Positions 39,796 to 48,959 of a stretch of DNA of 64,000 nucleotides are shown piece by piece (within the stretch, counting starts at the first letter, position 1; every line of letters begins with the position of its first letter). The position numbers and the translations under genes are program-made. The stretch comes from Giardia intestinalis (taxonomy: Eukaryota): assembly GCA_000002435.2 (NCBI GenBank), contig CM018792.1; one strand, given 5' to 3'. The notes under the pieces are model-generated. The model had not been told where the DNA came from. It did no database searches and worked only from the letters and a program-made list of their open reading frames with translations.

Positions 39796-41706
39796 CTACA
39801 CGCCCTTGTGCGGAAGGTTCAGGTTGAGCGGGCTGTGGAAGATGTACTCCGGCGCGCAGAAGTAGTACTGCATGCAGTACCGGCCGAGGAAGAAGATGAC
39901 GATGGCCAGGGCCCCCACCAGGACGTAGTTCCACGCGCTGACCTCGAGGGCCTCGCACATCGTGCCCCCGTGCGCGTCGACCGTGTCCAGCCCGTTCACG
40001 CACCGCTTGACCTTGTTGTTGAACGGGGAGGCGCGGACGGCGTCTGCGATGGCGACCTTCTGGGCCTCGTCGGGCGCGGAGAGGAAGAGCGGGTGGACGC
40101 CGTCGCGGTCGGGCCCGTAGAAGCGGGGCATCGTGTACTCGACGGTCAGCTCGTGGCAGAGCGAGTTGGAGCCGCGGCCGATGTAGTAGTAGCCCGAGAC
40201 GCCCCAGCCGGTCCCCCACGAGTTGCGCAGGATCCAGACGGGCCGGCCCTTGTACGCCCCGTAGCCGACGAGCATGACCTGGTGGTTCGTGGTCGCGCGC
40301 ACGCACTTGACGTCGGGGAAGACGCCGCCCTTGTAGAGGTTGAACGTCAGCGCAGAGGCGACGACGGACTCGTAGTCCTTGTCGATCGACGTGTCGACGC
40401 CGGACTCTGTGTGCATGGCCGCCGCGACCCCGACCCCGCGGGCCAGGACGTTCATGACGTTCCGCTCCCACTCGGCGAACTTCCCCTTGTCCATCTCCTC
40501 GATGATGAGCCCCGAGGCCGGCACGCCCTCGTTCCGCAGGATCTGGTAGACGCCGAACTTATTTGGTGTCCCTGAGCCACCATTGACATCATACTCGTAT
40601 TCATCGCTACCTGCAGCCCCAGAATTAGAAGAGCTGCCCTTCTTCTTCATCGGCATGGAGACGAAGGCAGGGTTGAAGTCTCCTATATTGGCGTCCTGAC
40701 ACTTAGCACCATTGTCTGGGGCGGCCTTTTCGGGCGTCGCGTACTCCCTGTAGATGCACTCGGACTCCTTCGCGAGCTTGCTCAGCTTGTTGACGAAGTC
40801 TGCGATGGCGCGGAAGTAGTTTCCCCCGTTGCAGTAGTTCCCGCCGATGAGGTTGTCGAGGAGGAACTGGACGGAGAGGCGCAGGGTGGACGCGCTGTAG
40901 GACTTCCAGTTCTCGGGGATGTCGGTATACTCTTTCTCAGTACGATTTTGAACAGTTATCATTGCAGCGCAGTCATTACTCTTCTGACTGTCATCCTGGC
41001 TCGCAGGGGCCGAGCAGTTGCAGAAGTAGTTCGACGGAAAGGGCTGGGGATCGAGGTACTTCCCCCTCGTGTAGAGGTCTGCGTCGACGAGCATCAGGTT
41101 CTCGAGGACCTCGATGGTCGTGAACTCGTAGCAGGAGCCGCACAGGCCCTGGTCCTTCGCGCGGGTCACGAGGCCCACCTCGCGGAGGTCGACGGAGTGG
41201 GGGAGCGTCCGCTGCCTGTCTTTGACGTTCATGTCCCGCACGTCGACGAGGAAGAAGCTGTCCTGCTTCTTGCTCTTGTCGTCAGCGTTAGCACTCTGTG
41301 AATTAGCTTGAGTGTCTCCCTTCAGGTCCGGCCCCAGCTCGTAGGCATCGACGTTGCAGTTGGTGTACTTATTGGTTTTATTAGTCCAGTTGCACGCATC
41401 TGCAGCTGCGCTCCACTCGCCGCCCCCCAGCGACCGGGGCGGGAGGATGCCGGCGCGCGGGTGGCGGTCCATCCGGGACGTGATCCCGAAGGTGACGTGC
41501 TCGTGGCCCTCCCGGCGGAGCCTGCGGAGGTGCTCGAGGTGCATGCAGAAGTTCCGCTCCGCCTCCAGCCGGTCCCCGGGCGTGTCGTAGGCCTTCCCGT
41601 AGAGGCCGACGAAGCGCTCGAAGGCATGCTCGCACGCCATGTGGATGCTGAACGGGTCCCGCTCGGCCGATGCCGCGCAGAGGAAAGACAAAGTAAGCAG
41701 CAACAT
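39796..41706 (-). CDS. Cathepsin L-like papain-family cysteine protease carrying an I29 propeptide, large insertions and a C-terminal transmembrane helix
   Basis: A signal peptide 'MLLLTLSFLCAASA' is followed by an ERFNIN-like propeptide ('ERNFCMHLEHLRRL...VTFGITSRMD'). The catalytic residues are present: 'KDQGLCGSCYEF' (Gln and Cys), 'NHQVMLVGYG' (His) and 'NSWGTGWGVSGYYYI' (Asn). An insertion of roughly 150-190 aa sits between the Cys and His segments. The C-terminal hydrophobic stretch is 'YVLVGALAIVIFFLG'. The ATG start was verified. Confidence 0.7.
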   Translation of the reverse strand: MLLLTLSFLCAASAERDPFSIHMACEHAFERFVGLYGKAYDTPGDRLEAERNFCMHLEHLRRLRREGHEHVTFGITSRMDRHPRAGILPPRSLGGGEWSAAADACNWTNKTNKYTNCNVDAYELGPDLKGDTQANSQSANADDKSKKQDSFFLVDVRDMNVKDRQRTLPHSVDLREVGLVTRAKDQGLCGSCYEFTTIEVLENLMLVDADLYTRGKYLDPQPFPSNYFCNCSAPASQDDSQKSNDCAAMITVQNRTEKEYTDIPENWKSYSASTLRLSVQFLLDNLIGGNYCNGGNYFRAIADFVNKLSKLAKESECIYREYATPEKAAPDNGAKCQDANIGDFNPAFVSMPMKKKGSSSNSGAAGSDEYEYDVNGGSGTPNKFGVYQILRNEGVPASGLIIEEMDKGKFAEWERNVMNVLARGVGVAAAMHTESGVDTSIDKDYESVVASALTFNLYKGGVFPDVKCVRATTNHQVMLVGYGAYKGRPVWILRNSWGTGWGVSGYYYIGRGSNSLCHELTVEYTMPRFYGPDRDGVHPLFLSAPDEAQKVAIADAVRASPFNNKVKRCVNGLDTVDAHGGTMCEALEVSAWNYVLVGALAIVIFFLGRYCMQYYFCAPEYIFHSPLNLNLPHKGV

Positions 41707-41759
41707 CCGGTCCTTTTTTGGGCCGCGGGTAGGTTAGCCGTGTGCGGGACTTGCACACC

Positions 41760-42524
41760 CTACCGGGTCGCAGACAGGAAGAGGAGCCCGAAGAAGACGG
41801 CCGTGCTCGCCGTCACCCCCGCCACGGCCCCGATGTTCCTCACACGGCAGTCACATAGATCCCTGTGGTAGCCCTCGGCACAGACACAGGCATCCTTGTA
41901 GCACTCCCCGTGTCCTGTGCACACACTCCCAGCCAGACGAGTGTTCAGGTACTTCTTGCTGGCGCACAGCTGGCCATGGGGGACCGCGTCCTCGTCGCAC
42001 TGGCACGCAAGGGCGGCTGTGGCGTTCTGCACACACGTCCTGCCCCTTGCCTTGGGCGTCCAGTTGCAGGCAGCCCCGTTCTTCACGCACTGGGCGTGCA
42101 CGCACGTGCTGTTCAGCATCACAAAGCCGTCCTCACACTTGCACAGGTACTCTCCATCACTGTATAGGCATTCTCCGTGCGGGCACACAAAACCCGTGTC
42201 CGAAACACACCCCGCCGGGGCGCACCCGTGGTCCGGAATGTGCTTGAATGGTGGCACGCACAGACACTGGTGTCTCGCCGTGGAGTGGTCCAGTCGGCAG
42301 AGCAGAGAGCTCGTCAGGTTTGCCACGAAGCCGTCGGTGAGGATCGTGCTATTGTTGTTTCTGATGCTCTTATCAAGCATGTGGGGGTATCCGCAGAGCC
42401 GCTCTCCGACGACGCACTCGGCCGGGTAGCACAGCCCCTCGGGGGGAGTAGTCCTGGCAGGCGCCTGCGGGCTGTCTTGGTTGTCGGCTTCGGCTGCTGC
42501 CCTCGAGAGAACCCTGGGCTGCAA
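41760..42524 (-). CDS. EGF-like high-cysteine membrane protein with a C-terminal transmembrane helix. Its 5' end is uncertain.
   Basis: EGF-like modules are present ('CTGHGECYKDACVCAEGYHRDLCDC', 'CVHAQCVKNGAACNW'). The C-terminal TM is 'AVAGVTASTAVFFGLLFL'. The track start is a TTG and there is no N-terminal signal peptide. An in-frame TAG at 42549-42551 separates it from an upstream same-frame ORF. Confidence 0.45.
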   Translation of the reverse strand: MQPRVLSRAAAEADNQDSPQAPARTTPPEGLCYPAECVVGERLCGYPHMLDKSIRNNNSTILTDGFVANLTSSLLCRLDHSTARHQCLCVPPFKHIPDHGCAPAGCVSDTGFVCPHGECLYSDGEYLCKCEDGFVMLNSTCVHAQCVKNGAACNWTPKARGRTCVQNATAALACQCDEDAVPHGQLCASKKYLNTRLAGSVCTGHGECYKDACVCAEGYHRDLCDCRVRNIGAVAGVTASTAVFFGLLFLSATR

Positions 42525-42996
42525 CGCACTGCCACTTCCCGAGGATTCCTATGCAGTGCCTACTTCCTCGTGGGTAGAGCGGGCATAGAGGCACGGTCTT
42601 GCCGCAGGATCCAGTGGATGCTTGGAGACAGGTGACCCAACGATTTCGTAAAATAGCGCCGCAGAGGCCATGGAGCGAGCAGATGCAATAGGCAATGCGT
42701 TTACTACCGAGACGCCCTGCCCCTGCAGGTGGGCCCAGTGATACAGTGACAGCAATGTACAGGAGTGCACCCCGACCAATCACTCCACAAGAGAGGTGCG
42801 ATCTGAGTCCGGCCCTCACTGGTCCTGTTCCTATGGAAGTCAGAGAGAACTGCGCTATCAGCTGGCCTCCGGTTGGTGTGCTCCTATCTCGTCCTTCTCC
42901 AGTCCAACTGATCAAGAGAGCAAGAGCGGCTGTCTCTCACTGCTCGCGGTCAATGCACAAGTCTGGTGAAAGAGCAGTGGCATACGAACCCGGCTA

Positions 42997-45900
42997 ATGT
43001 TGATAGGATTTCTCCTAGTTTGTGCAACCGTGCTGGCAAAGAACAGCGGGAAGACCGCATGCGTGGCGGCCTCTAACACAGCATGCGCAGCAGCCCTGGA
43101 CACGGCGGGCTGCAAGACCTGCGGCCCCGACGCCCAGACGTGCCTGGACTGCAAGACTCCTGGCGAGAACGTGCAGCTCGATAAAAGAAGCTGCAAGGCC
43201 AACTGCCCGCAGAACTCCTCCCCCAACCAGAACGTCTGCGAGTGCGACCCGGGATTCAGCCTGAACAATGGAAAAGACGCGTGCGAGGCGGTTGCCAACG
43301 TCAACTGCGCAGCAGCCCTGGACACGGCGGGCTGCAAGACCTGCGGCCCCGACGCCCAGACGTGCCTGGACTGCAAGACTCCTGGCGAGAACGTGCAGCT
43401 CGATAAAAGAAGCTGCAAGGCCAACTGCCCGCAGAACTCCTCCCCCAACCAGAACGTCTGCGAGTGCGACCCGGGATTCAGCCTGAACAATGGAAAAGAC
43501 GCGTGCGAGGCGGTTGCCAACGTCAACTGCGCAGCAGCCCTGGACACGGCGGGCTGCAAGACCTGCGGCCCCGACGCCCAGACGTGCCTGGACTGCAAGA
43601 CTCCTGGCGAGAACGTGCAGCTCGATAAAAGAAGCTGCAAGGCCAACTGCCCGCAGAACTCCTCCCCCAACCAGAACGTCTGCGAGTGCGACCCGGGATT
43701 CAGCCTGAACAATGGAAAAGACGCGTGCGAGGCGGTTGCCAACGTCAACTGCGCAGCAGCCCTGGACACGGCGGGCTGCAAGACCTGCGGCCCCGACGCC
43801 CAGACGTGCCTGGACTGCAAGACTCCTGGCGAGAACGTGCAGCTCGATAAAAGAAGCTGCAAGGCCAACTGCCCGCAGAACTCCTCCCCCAACCAGAACG
43901 TCTGCGAGTGCGACCCGGGATTCAGCCTGAACAATGGAAAAGACGCGTGCGAGGCGGTTGCCAACGTCAACTGCGCAGCAGCCCTGGACACGGCGGGCTG
44001 CAAGACCTGCGGCCCCGACGCCCAGACGTGCCTGGACTGCAAGACTCCTGGCGAGAACGTGCAGCTCGATAAAAGAAGCTGCAAGGCCAACTGCCCGCAG
44101 AACTCCTCCCCCAACCAGAACGTCTGCGAGTGCGACCCGGGATTCAGCCTGAACAATGGAAAAGACGCGTGCGAGGCGGTTGCCAACGTCAACTGCGCAG
44201 CAGCCCTGGACACGGCGGGCTGCAAGACCTGCGGCCCCGACGCCCAGACGTGCCTGGACTGCAAGACTCCTGGCGAGAACGTGCAGCTCGATAAAAGAAG
44301 CTGCAAGGCCAACTGCCCGCAGAACTCCTCCCCCAACCAGAACGTCTGCGAGTGCGACCCGGGATTCAGCCTGAACAATGGAAAAGACGCGTGCGAGGCG
44401 GTTGCCAACGTCAACTGCGCAGCAGCCCTGGACACGGCGGGCTGCAAGACCTGCGGCCCCGACGCCCAGACGTGCCTGGACTGCAAGACTCCTGGCGAGA
44501 ACGTGCAGCTCGATAAAAGAAGCTGCAAGGCCAACTGCCCGCAGAACTCCTCCCCCAACCAGAACGTCTGCGAGTGCGACCCGGGATTCAGCCTGAACAA
44601 TGGAAAAGACGCGTGCGAGGCGGTTGCCAACGTCAACTGCGCAGCAGCCCTGGACACGGCGGGCTGCAAGACCTGCGGCCCCGACGCCCAGACGTGCCTG
44701 GACTGCAAGACTCCTGGCGAGAACGTGCAGCTCGATAAAAGAAGCTGCAAGGCCAACTGCCCGCAGAACTCCTCCCCCAACCAGAACGTCTGCGAGTGCG
44801 ACCCGGGATTCAGCCTGAACAATGGAAAAGACGCGTGCGAGGCGGTTGCCAACGTCAACTGCGCAGCAGCCCTGGACACGGCGGGCTGCAAGACCTGCGG
44901 CCCCGACGCCCAGACGTGCCTGGACTGCAAGACTCCTGGCGAGAACGTGCAGCTCGATAAAAGAAGCTGCAAGGCCAACTGCCCGCAGAACTCCTCCCCC
45001 AACCAGAACGTCTGCGAGTGCGACCCGGGATTCAGCCTGAACAATGGAAAAGACGCGTGCGAGGCGGTTGCCAACGTCAACTGCGCAGCAGCCCTGGACA
45101 CGGCGGGCTGCAAGACCTGCGGCCCCGACGCCCAGACGTGCCTGGACTGCAAGACTCCTGGCGAGAACGTGCAGCTCGATAAAAGAAGCTGCAAGGCCAA
45201 CTGCCCGCAGAACTCCTCCCCCAACCAGAACGTCTGCGAGTGCGACCCGGGATTCAGCCTGAACAATGGAAAAGACGCGTGCGAGGCGGTTGCCAACGTC
45301 AACTGCGCAGCAGCCCTGGACACGGCGGGCTGCAAGACCTGCGGCCCCGACGCCCAGACGTGCCTGGACTGCAAGACTCCTGGCGAGAACGTGCAGCTCG
45401 ATAAAAGAAGCTGCAAGGCCAACTGCCCGCAGAACTCCTCCCCCAACCAGAACGTCTGCGAGTGCGACCCGGGATTCAGCCTGAACAATGGAAAAGACGC
45501 GTGCGAGGCGGTTGCCAACGTCAACTGCGCAGCAGCCCTGGACACGGCGGGCTGCAAGACCTGCGGCCCCGACGCCCAGACGTGCCTGGACTGCAAGACT
45601 CCTGGCGAGAACGTGCAGCTCGATAAAAGAAGCTGCAAGGCCAACTGCCCGCAGAACTCCTCCCCCAACCAGAACGTCTGCGAGTGCGACCCGGGATTCA
45701 GCCTGAACAATGGAAAAGACGCGTGCGAGGCGGTTGCCAACGTCAACTGCGCAGCAGCCCTGGACACGGCGGGCTGCAAGACCTGCGGCCCCGACGCCCA
45801 GACGTGCCTGGACTGCAAGACTCCTGGCGAGAACGTGCAGCTCGATAAAAGAAGCTGCAAGGCCAACTGCCCGCAGAACTCCTCCCCCAACCAGAACGTC

Positions 45901-47805
45901 TGCGAGTGCGACCCGGGATTCAGCCTGAACAATGGAAAAGACGCGTGCGAGGCGGTTGCCAACGTCAACTGCGCAGCAGCCCTGGACACGGCGGGCTGCA
46001 AGACCTGCGGCCCCGACGCCCAGACGTGCCTGGACTGCAAGACTCCTGGCGAGAACGTGCAGCTCGATAAAAGAAGCTGCAAGGCCAACTGCCCGCAGAA
46101 CTCCTCCCCCAACCAGAACGTCTGCGAGTGCGACCCGGGATTCAGCCTGAACAATGGAAAAGACGCGTGCGAGGCGGTTGCCAACGTCAACTGCGCAGCA
46201 GCCCTGGACACGGCGGGCTGCAAGACCTGCGGCCCCGACGCCCAGACGTGCCTGGACTGCAAGACTCCTGGCGAGAACGTGCAGCTCGATAAAAGAAGCT
46301 GCAAGGCCAACTGCCCGCAGAACTCCTCCCCCAACCAGAACGTCTGCGAGTGCGACCCGGGATTCAGCCTGAACAATGGAAAAGACGCGTGCGAGGCGGT
46401 TGCCAACGTCAACTGCGCAGCAGCCCTGGACACGGCGGGCTGCAAGACCTGCGGCCCCGACGCCCAGACGTGCCTGGACTGCAAGACTCCTGGCGAGAAC
46501 GTGCAGCTCGATAAAAGAAGCTGCAAGGCCAACTGCCCGCAGAACTCCTCCCCCAACCAGAACGTCTGCGAGTGCGACCCGGGATTCAGCCTGAACAATG
46601 GAAAAGACGCGTGCGAGGCGGTTGCCAACGTCAACTGCGCAGCAGCCCTGGACACGGCGGGCTGCAAGACCTGCGGCCCCGACGCCCAGACGTGCACGGC
46701 CTGTACAGAGGCTTCCAACAATGTACAGATTGACAAGAAGAGCTGCAAGGCCGACTGCCCGTCGAACTCTGCAGCCAACGGCCAGCACGTCTGCGAGTGC
46801 GCCGTTGGGTACCAGCCGACTCCCGGGCAGAACCAGTGCGAGAAGGCCCCTAACACGCAGTGCAATACTCCCAACTGCAAGACCTGTGACAACCCCAAAA
46901 CAGACAACGAAATCTGCACTGAATGTAATGATGGCAACTACCTCACCCCGACAAAGCAGTGCACGCAGAGCTGCGGAGCAATAGGAAGCTACTACAACGG
47001 AGACAAAGTGTGCGAGCCTTGTGATCCTAGCTGTGCTGGGTGCACCACAAAGGGGCCAGCGAAGTGCACAGCTTGTCCTCCCGGGAAAATGCTAAAATAC
47101 ACCAATGATGATCCTAATCAAGGTGGATCCTGCGTAGATGAGTGCAAAGCAGAGATGGACGGGTGTGCAGAGTGTGGAGCGGTAATCGGCGGTACGAAGT
47201 ACTGTTCAAAATGCAAGGAAGATAAGTGGGCACCTCAGAATGGCGTGTGCGCTAATTCAGTAACAAGGAATTCATTCTGCACGAACGCAGCAGGTGGCGT
47301 ATGCACTCAGTGTGCTGCAGATCATTTTCTTCAAGATGGAGGCTGCTATAAACTCGGTAGACAGCCTGGTGTCCAGATATGTGCAGCGGCGGGTCCCAAT
47401 AGCCTGTGTACTACGTGCGTAAATGGACAGAGACCAGATACCAATACTGGAGCCTGTCCTGTGTGTCCAACAGGTTGTGACACATGTACAGGGACATCCT
47501 CGCGGGCGCCCGAATGCCAATCTTGCCTTCTGGGATACTATTTCGATTCTGATAAAAAGCTGTGTGTGAAATGTACCGAGAATAGTAGTGCTATTCAAGG
47601 TGTTAGCAGCTGTGTGAGCTGTAGTCCTCCATCTAATAATCAAGGATCTGTCGTCTGCTACCTCATAAATGATAGCGGTAGCACAAACAAGAGTAGCAGG
47701 CTCTCCACTGGGGCCATCGCTGGCATCTCCGTTGCTGTGGTCGTTGTTGTAGGAGGGCTTGTTGGCTTCTTGTGTTGGTGGTTCCTCTGCCGCGGGAAGG
47801 CGTAG
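42997..47805 (+). CDS. Variant-specific surface protein (VSP) of 1602 aa, carrying about 16 tandem 74-aa repeats
   Basis: The ATG start was verified and is followed by a signal peptide 'MLIGFLLVCATVLA'. CXXC motifs are frequent. A GGCY motif ('FLQDGGCYKL') is present. The C-terminal TM helix is followed by the invariant tail 'CRGKA'. An AGTAAAC polyadenylation motif sits 21 nt after the stop. Confidence 0.85.
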   Translation: MLIGFLLVCATVLAKNSGKTACVAASNTACAAALDTAGCKTCGPDAQTCLDCKTPGENVQLDKRSCKANCPQNSSPNQNVCECDPGFSLNNGKDACEAVANVNCAAALDTAGCKTCGPDAQTCLDCKTPGENVQLDKRSCKANCPQNSSPNQNVCECDPGFSLNNGKDACEAVANVNCAAALDTAGCKTCGPDAQTCLDCKTPGENVQLDKRSCKANCPQNSSPNQNVCECDPGFSLNNGKDACEAVANVNCAAALDTAGCKTCGPDAQTCLDCKTPGENVQLDKRSCKANCPQNSSPNQNVCECDPGFSLNNGKDACEAVANVNCAAALDTAGCKTCGPDAQTCLDCKTPGENVQLDKRSCKANCPQNSSPNQNVCECDPGFSLNNGKDACEAVANVNCAAALDTAGCKTCGPDAQTCLDCKTPGENVQLDKRSCKANCPQNSSPNQNVCECDPGFSLNNGKDACEAVANVNCAAALDTAGCKTCGPDAQTCLDCKTPGENVQLDKRSCKANCPQNSSPNQNVCECDPGFSLNNGKDACEAVANVNCAAALDTAGCKTCGPDAQTCLDCKTPGENVQLDKRSCKANCPQNSSPNQNVCECDPGFSLNNGKDACEAVANVNCAAALDTAGCKTCGPDAQTCLDCKTPGENVQLDKRSCKANCPQNSSPNQNVCECDPGFSLNNGKDACEAVANVNCAAALDTAGCKTCGPDAQTCLDCKTPGENVQLDKRSCKANCPQNSSPNQNVCECDPGFSLNNGKDACEAVANVNCAAALDTAGCKTCGPDAQTCLDCKTPGENVQLDKRSCKANCPQNSSPNQNVCECDPGFSLNNGKDACEAVANVNCAAALDTAGCKTCGPDAQTCLDCKTPGENVQLDKRSCKANCPQNSSPNQNVCECDPGFSLNNGKDACEAVANVNCAAALDTAGCKTCGPDAQTCLDCKTPGENVQLDKRSCKANCPQNSSPNQNVCECDPGFSLNNGKDACEAVANVNCAAALDTAGCKTCGPDAQTCLDCKTPGENVQLDKRSCKANCPQNSSPNQNVCECDPGFSLNNGKDACEAVANVNCAAALDTAGCKTCGPDAQTCLDCKTPGENVQLDKRSCKANCPQNSSPNQNVCECDPGFSLNNGKDACEAVANVNCAAALDTAGCKTCGPDAQTCLDCKTPGENVQLDKRSCKANCPQNSSPNQNVCECDPGFSLNNGKDACEAVANVNCAAALDTAGCKTCGPDAQTCTACTEASNNVQIDKKSCKADCPSNSAANGQHVCECAVGYQPTPGQNQCEKAPNTQCNTPNCKTCDNPKTDNEICTECNDGNYLTPTKQCTQSCGAIGSYYNGDKVCEPCDPSCAGCTTKGPAKCTACPPGKMLKYTNDDPNQGGSCVDECKAEMDGCAECGAVIGGTKYCSKCKEDKWAPQNGVCANSVTRNSFCTNAAGGVCTQCAADHFLQDGGCYKLGRQPGVQICAAAGPNSLCTTCVNGQRPDTNTGACPVCPTGCDTCTGTSSRAPECQSCLLGYYFDSDKKLCVKCTENSSAIQGVSSCVSCSPPSNNQGSVVCYLINDSGSTNKSSRLSTGAIAGISVAVVVVVGGLVGFLCWWFLCRGKA
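43070..46692 (+). repeat. Tandem array of a 222-bp coding repeat (74 aa) inside the VSP gene, with about 16.3 units
   Basis: All three overlapping reading frames repeat perfectly every 222 nt; for example the alternate-frame 72-aa ORFs at 43268, 43490 ... 46598 are identical. The first unit is slightly divergent ('VAASNTACAAALD...'). The array ends where the protein sequence changes to 'CTACTEASNNVQIDKK'. Confidence 0.85.
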
Positions 47806-47825
47806 ATTTAACTGTACACTTAGGT

Positions 47826-47832
47826 AGTAAAC
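47826..47832 (+). promoter_or_regulatory. Giardia polyadenylation signal AGTAAAC (AGTRAAY) downstream of the VSP gene
   Basis: An exact motif match 21 nt after the TAG at 47803-47805. Confidence 0.45.
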
Positions 47833-48320
47833 GTATTATATCGACGGATCCCGTTAGGGGCTGCCTGAGTGCCATTCCTGACTGCACAGTCTGTGCTCTG
47901 AGACAGCGCCTAAATGAGTCTAGATAAAGCCAGCAGTTACTTCGGTACTCTGGGAGGCCAGTAGGCAATGCGATCAATCACAGCTAACGGGGTCACCTTC
48001 TAGAACAGAACGAGTGGAAGAAGTCAAACTGACGGGTTTTAGTGAGGCACTTTTAAAAATCTTTAGGCTTGGATTTGGTGATAGAACATCCAGGCACAGT
48101 AGAGGAAACAACAGAATATGTAGTCACCTGTTCACTCTAGTTAAGATGGCTTGACTGCGAAGTTTAGTAAGGTGGATGTATTGTACGCATAGAAGGTGCT
48201 ATTAGTGTGTCTAAGAACCAGTCGATAGTAAGGGCGGCGCATTTTTCTCATGTACACGAACACGTGTTAAATCTGCTCCTGAGAACGGCATTTAAAAAGT
48301 ACTTATATTGTCGTCGGTGA

Positions 48321-48926
48321 ATGTCAACCCTGACCTCGCACACGGTGATGTGCTCCGAAGTCGCAGAGATGACCGAGACACAAGCAAGTGGCGGTTCAAC
48401 TAAGCAAGCGTCATCTCCGATTCCAATCGGAGCACCCATCAGCGCCGAGGAGGCTGCTAAGCTCTGGGATGAGTCCTTGTGTCCCGAACTTCCTCCCATT
48501 GCTCCGGGCGCGGGGAAGGTGTCTATATGCGATCTTCGCATCCTAAGCCCGGATCTAATGGAGCCTCTCGTCTACTCTACAAGTTCCATTACTCCGGAAC
48601 ATACCCAGAAGCCTCTCTATACCATCAAGCAGGGCTGTCTCTTTTCCATGGGCTTCTCCTGGCGGGTCTCTGAAGCGCCCATAGTTGGGTTCAGATCCCT
48701 TGTTCGGATTTACCGCCTAGGCATCCCTGTCTACAAGGGGAGGGTATTCCTCGGAACGTTTCTTCCTCGAAGTGAGCCATATATATATTTCATGTCCGAA
48801 GAGTGTGCACCCAAGGGCATTCTGGCAAAGGGGTACTTCAGGGCAAAATTAGAATTCGTGGATGAACACAACACCAGCTTTGGGAGTCTGGAGTACCTGT
48901 TTAACTTTTCAGATAATTGGGGTTAA
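48321..48926 (+). CDS. Rho GDP-dissociation inhibitor (RhoGDI)
   Basis: The C-terminal Ig-like domain shows clear similarity in pattern to RhoGDI. The window has 'MSEECAPKGILAKGYFRAKLEFVDEHNTSFGSLEYLFNFSDNW', compared with the RhoGDI stretch 'EEAPKGMLARGSY.IKSRFTDDD...LSWEWNLTIKK.W'. The ATG start was verified. Confidence 0.65.
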   Translation: MSTLTSHTVMCSEVAEMTETQASGGSTKQASSPIPIGAPISAEEAAKLWDESLCPELPPIAPGAGKVSICDLRILSPDLMEPLVYSTSSITPEHTQKPLYTIKQGCLFSMGFSWRVSEAPIVGFRSLVRIYRLGIPVYKGRVFLGTFLPRSEPYIYFMSEECAPKGILAKGYFRAKLEFVDEHNTSFGSLEYLFNFSDNWG

Positions 48927-48959
48927 CCGCTGGTTTATCGAAGTATGCAAGAGCCACGC

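Noticed and set aside
38731-42915. Numerous overlapping ORFs on both strands in the GC-rich block (for example 38731..39534 -, 39734..40471 -, 39808..40575 +, 41308..41871 +, 41322..41756 -, 41917..42429 +, 42373..42915 -)
   Set aside because: Their translations are Arg/Pro/Gly/Ala-rich and low in complexity, which is typical of random frames in GC-rich DNA. They overlap motif-bearing genes: the helicase fragment, the cathepsin and the EGF-like protein.
43070-46692. A possible CRISPR array, given the regular identical repeats
   Set aside because: The units are contiguous, with no spacers, and are 222 bp long. They lie in-frame within a eukaryotic surface-protein gene. The sequence is eukaryotic.
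42912-46937. Very long minus-strand ORFs (1341 aa and 1257 aa) and about fifteen identical 72-aa plus-strand ORFs overlapping the VSP
   Set aside because: These are artefacts of a GC-rich perfect tandem repeat that has no stops in any frame. Their translations are low-complexity, rich in A, R and L or in P, T and R. The VSP frame has the signal peptide, the CXXC motifs, the TM helix and the CRGKA tail.
47806-48320. A tRNA or rRNA gene in the longest intergenic regions
   Set aside because: No T-loop (GGTTCGANTCC-like) or acceptor-stem pairing could be found by eye. The call cannot be supported without a covariance search.
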